This document shows positions 56,678 to 63,498 of a stretch of 63,498 bases of DNA, piece after piece. The stretch spans positions 1 through 63,498 of IMG/VR virus record IMGVR_UViG_3300025430_000019. One strand, given 5' to 3'. Both the position numbers and the translations under genes were made by a program. Under the pieces are notes generated by a model. It saw only the letters and a list, made by a program, of their open reading frames with translations. It made no database searches and was not told the origin of the DNA. Position 1 is the stretch's first letter, and the number at the start of each line of letters is the position of its first letter. The DNA comes from a virus. Taxonomy: Duplodnaviria; Caudoviricetes.

Positions 56678-58236
56678 GCTGGTAAATATTTTTCTGCTTT
56701 AATTTCTTTACCTTGTTCTTTAGAGCCAGTTCTTGCTTCTCTAACTTTATCCATCATTGAATAAAGACGTTTTGCACCTGCATCAGTAGAGCCGTTGCCG
56801 AGGTGAGATACAACATCAGCAGGCACAACAAACTCCCCGTCCGCAAGCCTGGCAGGCTGCTTATGTGCAATAGTAGCAGGTATATTATCAGACATACCGT
56901 CGCCAGGGCCTTTAAGTAATCGACCACCATCTGAATAGCCTCCTAAGTTAAATCCGCCAGGCACGCCACCGCCAGCATAAGCGTTCATAATCCCGCCTTG
57001 CGCAGCTGAAGTTGGTGGAGTTGATGGAGTTGATGGGGCTAAATTTAATGCGCCAAGTGCTCCAGTGTTTTGTTGGGGTAAACCCTGCATACCGGTAACT
57101 CCTGCTAATTTAGCATTCATTATTTGTGCTCTTTGATAAGGGTTTTTACCGCGCAAATCTGGGTCATCATTATTCACAATACCCTGCCCCATGCCGTACG
57201 AAGAACCTCCAGCTGTTCCATAACCTGTATTAAATGGATCTGGATTTGTGGCTAAGTTTATATATTGGTTTAGTTCTTGTGATAGTGCATCAGTATAGTG
57301 CCCGCTAGTAGAACCACCGGATGCCATAGAATTAGCAATAGGTTGAGCCATTGGCATATTACTTGGCTGGTATCCCATCATCTGATTTGCAGATGTAGGC
57401 ATTTGTGTAGGGGCATGATATATATTATTTGATATATTGCTCTGTGGGTACATTTCGCCAGGAACGCCGCCCATAGCCATACTTGCAATTCCCCCACTTG
57501 AACCTGTATACGGATTGTTTTGATAGTTACGGTACGAAGAAGGGTTAATTGCTGTTGGGTTTGCATTACCGCCTGGCTTAAAATTAGGAGACAATTTGTA
57601 CCCAGTTAGTGGGCCTGTGTACGTAGTGTTAATTCCTGGGCTTGTACCTTTATTTAGTAAACCCATCTTACTTGCAAGAATTCCTCCGCCAATTGCAGTT
57701 GCAGTTTTATTTTGGCTCATCCAATCAAGGGCGCTATTAAAATAACCCATAACCCCACTAGGGGCTGCGGCTTCGCCAGATCCTAACGCAGCTCCACCAC
57801 CAATTCCAGCACTAGCTCCGCTAGTTCCTAGTACATACGGATTTCCTGAACCCATAACACTTTGTAAATATGACGGTGATGATGCCCCTGTCCCTAATGC
57901 GTTTGCGTCGGGAAAATATGAAGTTGCCCCAATGCCAGCACTACTAGCACCACCAGGTGCAGTTAAACCAGGTCCAACTAATGAGCTTGTTCCATCTAAA
58001 GCTGAAATTTGATCTGGGGCCAAAGCTACAACATTAGAAGCAGCGGCTGGAGCAGCGGCTGGAGCAGCGGTAGCTCCAGGTATTACGGTGTCTGTAATAG
58101 CCTCAGTACCGCCTAATCCAAGTAGCTCAGGATTCGTTATTCCAACGGCTAATGCCCCAAGAGCAAGCGCGTCGAGTCCTTTAGAGCCACCTAAAGTGTC
58201 GCTAATACTACCTACTGGATCAGACCAAAAACTCAT
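56674..58236 (-). CDS. Putative DNA ejection/internal virion protein
   Basis: Gly-rich; C-terminal GPGDGMSDNIPA...ARLADGEFVVPADVVSHLGNGS. Confidence 0.6.
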   Translation of the reverse strand: MSFWSDPVGSISDTLGGSKGLDALALGALAVGITNPELLGLGGTEAITDTVIPGATAAPAAAPAAASNVVALAPDQISALDGTSSLVGPGLTAPGGASSAGIGATSYFPDANALGTGASSPSYLQSVMGSGNPYVLGTSGASAGIGGGAALGSGEAAAPSGVMGYFNSALDWMSQNKTATAIGGGILASKMGLLNKGTSPGINTTYTGPLTGYKLSPNFKPGGNANPTAINPSSYRNYQNNPYTGSSGGIASMAMGGVPGEMYPQSNISNNIYHAPTQMPTSANQMMGYQPSNMPMAQPIANSMASGGSTSGHYTDALSQELNQYINLATNPDPFNTGYGTAGGSSYGMGQGIVNNDDPDLRGKNPYQRAQIMNAKLAGVTGMQGLPQQNTGALGALNLAPSTPSTPPTSAAQGGIMNAYAGGGVPGGFNLGGYSDGGRLLKGPGDGMSDNIPATIAHKQPARLADGEFVVPADVVSHLGNGSTDAGAKRLYSMMDKVREARTGSKEQGKEIKAEKYLPA

Positions 58237-58246
58237 AACTATCCCC

Positions 58247-58585
58247 TTAAGATGTTCTTACTTTAAGCACGTTACCTGCGCTTGTATCTACATAAATATC
58301 GCCAACTCTTAACAAACCATTTGCGTAATCCGTCTGCGTAGGTAAGCTAATAACTTGTCCAGTACCTGAAGTCCCAGGTTGGCTAAAATTTAAAGCAGAA
58401 ATAACCTGAGAAACTGTTGTTGAGTTTGGCGCGGTTACTCTTTGCGTAGCCATAGCAGATGGACCTGGACTATCTAACTGCGTAAAGTAAAGGCGCAGAG
58501 CATTTGTTAGCTGGTTAATATAAGCAGGATCATACTCAGCGGGTGCAATTGGTATGTTGGGTTGATGTGTAGTTCCAGTTGACAT
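58247..58585 (-). CDS. Small tail-associated protein
   Basis: P.AP.EYD...L.NALRLYF.QLD. Confidence 0.55.
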   Translation of the reverse strand: MSTGTTHQPNIPIAPAEYDPAYINQLTNALRLYFTQLDSPGPSAMATQRVTAPNSTTVSQVISALNFSQPGTSGTGQVISLPTQTDYANGLLRVGDIYVDTSAGNVLKVRTS

Positions 58586-61029
58586 TACCTTCTCCCATCC
58601 GGTCTAATATCAAACCTAGGAACACCGAGCTGCCACGCTGTTCCAATTGTATTGGACTCAATTCTAAACGCCATTTGACGTCCTCTGAGCCTTGTATAAA
58701 CCTGGCCAGTAAACTGTTGTATGTTGTACGCGTTTGTGGCTGCGTAATTGTTTGCACTGACAACCTGTGGAGTTGCCGCCGCGCCGTAAGCAGTTCCAGA
58801 ATTCTCTCTTGGTTTAACCGTCATCGTCACATAAGGTTCAGCAGGTGCTCCAGCTTGGTTTGAATTAGACCCGTTAAAGTTAACGTCCGGTAATATTCTC
58901 CAAACAAACCCAAAGTTCTGACCTTCTGCAATCTCAAAGTCGGATGATTGAATATAAGCATCTATTGGCAAAACGGCGGCAGTAGACAAATCATCTGTAC
59001 CGCTTTCATGGTTTAACAATAAACCATTTCCGTTGGTTGTCAATACTGTAATCTGGCTATTAGAAGACCCAACAACCTGGCTAGGAGATATCGTATAAGT
59101 GCCAACTCCGCCTGTTCCGGTTCCAAGAGCCGTAATGGTTGTATTTGGAGCTATTCCAGGTCCTGTTAACGTTTGTCCAACAGCTAAAGTACCAAGTGTA
59201 ATAGCGGTAACATGTAATGTAGTTGCAGATATATACCCAGTAAAAATACAGTTTGTGTTGTAAGAAGCGGCAACGGGATAGAACTCAATACCGTTCTGTA
59301 TCCATGCGGTTCTGGACATTTCCCCGTAATACCAAATATTCTCTAAGTAGTTATAGACTACATAAGAGTCAACAATCGTATTTGGATTTGCGGATGTGCC
59401 TGTACCGTTTGGCCCGGCAATAGAACAATAGAACCACCAAATCTCATTAAACTGCTCATTAGCACCGGCAAATACTTGATAAGACTGCTGTTGGTTTAAC
59501 TGCTCAAATACATATTGACGCACTGCACAATCAAGCGTAGATACCGTACCTGTATACCGATAGAACTTATCCTGCCCCATCCAATAGGTCGTATTGTTAA
59601 TCGTCACCATGCAATTGGGAGACATAACAGATATATTGTCCATCATGATCTGGAAGCCCCAAACATATGGGGCGCCAATATACTGCATAGAATAAAGAGC
59701 AGAATCAGTCCAAACTAATATCTCCTGACGGGTCGTTCTGGCTCCAACAATATAAGAACCGTTACTTAATATGTAATCACCTGCCTGGTTTGTTACGCTA
59801 GGCGTCCATTGCTGAGGATTGGCCTGGTCTGACCAGCGAACGCACATTGGGTTAAATGTAGAAGAGCCATACGGGTTAGCTCCAAAAGCAATAACAAACT
59901 GCTGAATGGAAGACGCTATGACCTGATATGTTTGGGTTGGTACATTAGAAGCGCCAGACAAAGAAGATAATGGGATAGCCCTGGTTCCTACTCCGTTTGC
60001 GTCTTGCCAATAATATATAGCACCGCCTCTAGGGGCAATAACTAAATCTTGACCGTAGTTATCGTTAGACCAAAGCCTGAGCTGAGATCCAACACCCGCT
60101 CCGGCGTAAGACGTCCCCCATCCACGAGTACCTGTTTGCTCTTGTACAACTACAGAAGATCCACCGCCGCTACCCGTAGAAGTAGCAGTTAATGTGCTAG
60201 AAATTGTGGATGTAGAAATCGTATATGTGTTTGTGCCGGTAGAAGTAATTTGATATGCAAAATTATTAAGCACTGATGCCGGTATGCCGTTAGTCGTTGT
60301 AGCTCCTGTAAAAATAACAAAAGTACCAGTCGTTAAACCGTGAGCAGTCTGGGTAACCGTAATAGTCCCGCTTGTATTTGTAGTTGCAAATGGGTTAGAT
60401 CCTAAAGATACGCTTAAAGGCTGAGAAGCTCCGCCCCAAGGACCTGCGCCCCATCCGTTACTGACCGTATATACATCAAGACCTACTGGGACTTCATACC
60501 CCGCAGATACCGATCCGCCGCCAGTAGCACTTGAAGATGCAGTAGTTGACGCAGTAATCGTATATGTATTAGCACTTGGGTTAATGGATACGACTTGATA
60601 TTCACCACTTATGGTTAATCCGCCAACAGCAGAACCGCCGCTAAATACAACATAGTCCCCAACACTAGGGTCATAGCTTCCATCCGTTACAGTAACCGTT
60701 GCAGAACCGGAAGTAGTTGTAAAAGGATTGGTTAGCGAATCAGACTGGATAAAAGGAGTTATATCGTTATAAGTACCACCTTGATAGATGTAATACTTAA
60801 TTTGGGTTCCTACGCCTATTAGATTATTTCCCGCAAGGTCAACCCAATTCCAAAGCGCGCGGGCATGGCCTAAGTACTGATTAGGGCTAACCTGGCTCCA
60901 TCCGCCTATCTTTTCTGGAAACCCAGAGCGGAACCGAATGTTATTACAGTCGAACCATCCACCAGTGTTGGCAAAATCTGTGCCTTCACGGTTAACTCCT
61001 GGTCTGAACTGTAATTTCTGTAAGGGCAT
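58585..61029 (-). CDS. Tail hub / DNA stabilization protein (P22 gp10-like)
   Basis: [11 protein letters not shown]...PEKIGGW, VRWSDQ, EIWWFY, RLRGRQ...PDGRR. Confidence 0.65.
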   Translation of the reverse strand: MPLQKLQFRPGVNREGTDFANTGGWFDCNNIRFRSGFPEKIGGWSQVSPNQYLGHARALWNWVDLAGNNLIGVGTQIKYYIYQGGTYNDITPFIQSDSLTNPFTTTSGSATVTVTDGSYDPSVGDYVVFSGGSAVGGLTISGEYQVVSINPSANTYTITASTTASSSATGGGSVSAGYEVPVGLDVYTVSNGWGAGPWGGASQPLSVSLGSNPFATTNTSGTITVTQTAHGLTTGTFVIFTGATTTNGIPASVLNNFAYQITSTGTNTYTISTSTISSTLTATSTGSGGGSSVVVQEQTGTRGWGTSYAGAGVGSQLRLWSNDNYGQDLVIAPRGGAIYYWQDANGVGTRAIPLSSLSGASNVPTQTYQVIASSIQQFVIAFGANPYGSSTFNPMCVRWSDQANPQQWTPSVTNQAGDYILSNGSYIVGARTTRQEILVWTDSALYSMQYIGAPYVWGFQIMMDNISVMSPNCMVTINNTTYWMGQDKFYRYTGTVSTLDCAVRQYVFEQLNQQQSYQVFAGANEQFNEIWWFYCSIAGPNGTGTSANPNTIVDSYVVYNYLENIWYYGEMSRTAWIQNGIEFYPVAASYNTNCIFTGYISATTLHVTAITLGTLAVGQTLTGPGIAPNTTITALGTGTGGVGTYTISPSQVVGSSNSQITVLTTNGNGLLLNHESGTDDLSTAAVLPIDAYIQSSDFEIAEGQNFGFVWRILPDVNFNGSNSNQAGAPAEPYVTMTVKPRENSGTAYGAAATPQVVSANNYAATNAYNIQQFTGQVYTRLRGRQMAFRIESNTIGTAWQLGVPRFDIRPDGRR

Positions 61030-61036
61030 AGATTCC

Positions 61037-61642
61037 TCAAGCTAAAACGGACATGGCATGTTGATACCTCGCCATGCGATCCTCTTGCCCAATTGTCCCA
61101 CCATTTATAGCTTTTGTCAGCCCCGTAAAGTCATTATTATCCACATGACGGTTTAGATTGTGCTTTTCCCAAAAAACTGCGGCGGAAATAGCTGATCCCT
61201 CCGGCGTAGCTACAGCATCAGGATTAGATACAAAGTCAATCTGTGTAGCATCTGATAACTGTTCGTATCCTGCTTTACCTGTCGTTTGGAGCCATCCGCG
61301 ACCACGGTAATTCCACCCATCCCCAGATTCTTCGTCACCGTTCGACATACGGTTAGCGTAAGCACGGTTAGCTATCTTTTCAGGATTATGAGCATATTCG
61401 CTTGCGTTTTCTTCATTGAAATGGCTAGGCCATGTGCGAATAAGCGACTCGGCTTTATAGTTTAGGTTTTCTTCCATGAATCGAAAACTGTCGGACTCAT
61501 GCCCGCACTGCGCAATAAAGGCAGCTAACCTTTCAGGCGTAGATAAATCGGCCTTTTCAATAGCCATGTTCATCGCACCGATCAATGCCTCGGCATGACC
61601 AATATCTATTTTTGCTGCTTCAGCGAGTTGTTGAGCTTCCAT
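61037..61642 (-). CDS. Endolysin, glycoside hydrolase family 19
   Basis: [11 protein letters not shown]...ENLNY...YRGRG.LQTTG...TKAINGG..G..DR. Confidence 0.88.
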   Translation of the reverse strand: MEAQQLAEAAKIDIGHAEALIGAMNMAIEKADLSTPERLAAFIAQCGHESDSFRFMEENLNYKAESLIRTWPSHFNEENASEYAHNPEKIANRAYANRMSNGDEESGDGWNYRGRGWLQTTGKAGYEQLSDATQIDFVSNPDAVATPEGSAISAAVFWEKHNLNRHVDNNDFTGLTKAINGGTIGQEDRMARYQHAMSVLA

Positions 61643-62096
61643 TGATTAATTCCTTTACTTGATTATAGGTTGCGATACAAGCGTTTAGTTTCCTGATTGC
61701 GAGGTCCCCATCGTCTGTGACGGAGACAAGATCTGTAGCAGTCTTTGGGTCAAGTTGGGCTGTTGCGGTGTCAGATCCGCTGGAAGGTCCGGCATCCTTG
61801 GAGGGACATACTGTGCCTTTAGTTTTGACGAAGAGCTGCAACTTGCCAGTAGCAATATCAGCATCACGCTTAGCAATTTGTTTTTGAGCTTCATTTTGCA
61901 CCTTGTCTAATTGTGTTGATAAGTCTGTAATCTTTCCGTTAAGCTCTTGTTCTGTAGCCCTTGCTTGTTCGTTAGCCTTAGCTATTTGTAAAGCTACTTC
62001 AGTCTGAGATTCATCATACCCTTTATGATGGCCGTAGAAATACGAAACAGATCCAATCAATATAAAGAGGATGAGTTCTATCTGCGCTCTATTCAT
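61620..62096 (-). CDS. Rz: Inner-membrane spanin
   Basis: N-terminal TM helix, coiled coil, GD.AIRKLNAC. Confidence 0.75.
   Translation of the reverse strand: MNRAQIELILFILIGSVSYFYGHHKGYDESQTEVALQIAKANEQARATEQELNGKITDLSTQLDKVQNEAQKQIAKRDADIATGKLQLFVKTKGTVCPSKDAGPSSGSDTATAQLDPKTATDLVSVTDDGDLAIRKLNACIATYNQVKELINGSSTTR
61685..61894 (-). CDS. Rz1: Outer-membrane spanin lipoprotein embedded in Rz
   Basis: Signal peptide with lipobox LLASC, Pro-rich mature part, fully nested in another frame. Confidence 0.75.
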   Translation of the reverse strand: MKLKNKLLSVMLILLLASCSSSSKLKAQYVPPRMPDLPADLTPQQPNLTQRLLQILSPSQTMGTSQSGN

Positions 62097-62464
62097 AGTG
62101 CTGGCCTATCATTTGGGTTGCCAAAATGGGGAGAAGAAGTTGTTGGGGCAAACGTCTTAGGAGCAGTCGGAACAGAACTTCCAAAAGAAGTGGCACAAGA
62201 CGTTGTAGGTATTGTAGGCTTCGGTAGCGTATTAGAACCTTTTGCAATGTAATTTGCCAATATCTGAAGAAGCTGCCCGGCAACTAGGGTAAGTACTGTA
62301 AAGATCTGCTTATCAGCGGGAGCTTCATTAAACAAGGGTTGCTCTGTAAATACGATGCTATAGCCAAAAAGAATAACAATAAATACCAAGGCGATACTGA
62401 ACATCCGGATTACGAACCGGTTTGTCTCTGCGTTTAACTGCTCAGTTGTCTTGTGATTTGCCAT
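62093..62464 (-). CDS. Two-TM membrane protein (holin candidate)
   Basis: Two hydrophobic segments; start revised to MANHKT; lysis cluster. Confidence 0.5.
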   Translation of the reverse strand: MANHKTTEQLNAETNRFVIRMFSIALVFIVILFGYSIVFTEQPLFNEAPADKQIFTVLTLVAGQLLQILANYIAKGSNTLPKPTIPTTSCATSFGSSVPTAPKTFAPTTSSPHFGNPNDRPAL

Positions 62465-62621
62465 TAGTTGGTTTGTTAAAGTATTCAGGACACGTTTGAG
62501 TAGCGACACATAAGGGCGGTTTGCAGTCATCATCACTCCAATGCTTGGGGTCTTGGCAGTGGTATCTGTACCTGTCGGAGCACCCCACTAACAACATAAT
62601 CAATAAAGCGCATATTTTCAT
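62442..62621 (-). CDS. 59-aa Cys-rich lipoprotein (not in ORF track)
   Basis: MKICALLIMLLVGC-SDRYRYHCQDPKHWSDDDCKPPLCVATQTCPEY; AAGGA SD; ATGA coupling. Confidence 0.75.
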   Translation of the reverse strand: MKICALLIMLLVGCSDRYRYHCQDPKHWSDDDCKPPLCVATQTCPEYFNKPTNGKSQDN

Positions 62622-62809
62622 TTGTCCTTCTGAGCCTCAAGTTCTTTCTTCAGCTTTTCAATTCTTTTGAGATCATTTGCAATTAATATCCTATCCTGGT
62701 GTACATCCATGTACATAATACCAATCACCGGCAAAATCAGGACGAAGAGAAGCGCCAAGATAATTATAGTGATTACATATCCCCATGACTCGCTCGATTT
62801 ATTGCCCAC
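62618..62809 (-). CDS. Single-TM protein with coiled coil (start uncertain, GTG)
   Basis: YVITIIILALLFVLILPVIGIMY. Confidence 0.55.
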   Translation of the reverse strand: MGNKSSESWGYVITIIILALLFVLILPVIGIMYMDVHQDRILIANDLKRIEKLKKELEAQKDK

Positions 62810-63483
62810 ATCAGTCCCGCCAAATATATTGCTACAAAGATGACCACCACCGTGTAAGCACTCATCAACCAAGCCCTATCTGCTAAATCTCTTGCTTCTG
62901 CTTCCCGCTGAGCTTTCTTCCTAAGCTCCGCCTTCCTTGCGATCTCCTGCTTTGCCTTAACCGTACCGATCATTTCATTGACGCGCGTATAAAGATCTTT
63001 TAGTTCTGGGGGGACATGGTAGATCATGAATTCTGTTAGATCTGTACCCATCTGCTCCAACTGCGTCTTTGCCAAAACCAACCGAATCGCTATCTCATAC
63101 GTCTCACCATCTGGATCGTAGATCTTCTCAATCCGTTCTTCTTCAGTCCTAATTGCATCTGCACAAGCTTTGTAGTTCTTGAAGAATGAAACTAGCTGAT
63201 CTCCAATCTCTGCGTAAATAGCCTTTTCGTCAAACTTTACCTTTTCCTTTTTCTGATTCTTAGGATTAATATCTTGCAGTGTTTTCTTCTCTTCCACCGG
63301 AGGGGAAAACAGATTTATTATCCACCCCCATATCCCCTTTACCTCTTTCCCTATTTGTTTAACTTCATTGACAGTCTTTTGTACATCTTTGACAAGTGCT
63401 TTGCCTTCGTTGTACATAGCGCACAACTCTTTGACCCCAGTGAATGCGGCATTGGCAGCTTGGAAAAGAAGCAGGAATTCAAT
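62773..63483 (-). CDS. Coiled-coil protein with C-terminal TM; probable ATT start
   Basis: Frame open to 63492; AAGGA SD 6 nt before ATT at 63483. Confidence 0.65.
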   Translation of the reverse strand: MEFLLLFQAANAAFTGVKELCAMYNEGKALVKDVQKTVNEVKQIGKEVKGIWGWIINLFSPPVEEKKTLQDINPKNQKKEKVKFDEKAIYAEIGDQLVSFFKNYKACADAIRTEEERIEKIYDPDGETYEIAIRLVLAKTQLEQMGTDLTEFMIYHVPPELKDLYTRVNEMIGTVKAKQEIARKAELRKKAQREAEARDLADRAWLMSAYTVVVIFVAIYLAGLMWAINRASHGDM

Positions 63484-63498
63484 GACTGATCCTTAAGT
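63359..63498. repeat. Terminal direct repeat copy
   Basis: Matches 1-140 at 138 of 140 positions. Confidence 0.95.

Noticed and set aside
1861-63489. Numerous antisense and nested ORFs in the track (for example 12680-13093, 29281-29805, 52028-52720)
   Set aside because: They shadow well-supported genes and lack SD or recognisable motifs; only 61685-61894 was accepted.
1-63498. tRNA genes, introns, inteins, integrase or genetic-code reassignment
   Set aside because: None recognised by eye; core genes are intact in the standard code at expected lengths. A tRNAscan and HMM search is still needed.

Overview
This is an apparently complete, circularly assembled dsDNA tailed-phage genome. The first 140 bp recur at 63359-63498 with 2 mismatches, giving a unit length of about 63,358 bp. 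The gene set is podovirus-like: P22-like portal, tail-hub proteins and very large ejection proteins, with no tape measure or sheath recognised. The minus-strand arm (46687-63483, continuing through 135-23718) holds ejection proteins, lysis genes (GH19 endolysin, Rz with embedded Rz1), a modular tail-fibre array, small basic head proteins, capsid, GroES, portal and terminase. The plus-strand arm (24095-46609) holds early and replication genes: two paralogous first genes, a MoxR-like AAA ATPase with a vWA metallopeptidase, VRR-NUC, family A DNA polymerase, Cas4-like nuclease, HNH, SNF2 helicase and DUF927-type primase-helicase. I recognised no integrase, tRNA, CRISPR array or reverse transcriptase. 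The spanins indicate a Gram-negative host. The most notable signals are non-coding: (1) ten copies of a 27-bp 11-5-11 palindrome confined to the 9.7-kb early region, mostly at gene junctions; (2) a putative ~67-nt sRNA at the convergence of the two arms, complementary to the Shine-Dalgarno/AUG regions of several early and middle genes; (3) an origin-like region with two inverted IHF-consensus sites and TGTTC iterons; (4) a double-pseudoknot leader RNA downstream of the capsid gene; (5) gene cassettes joined by a 27-nt KLKxKNT/ATGA repeat. All functional calls come from motif recognition by eye; no database searches were run.
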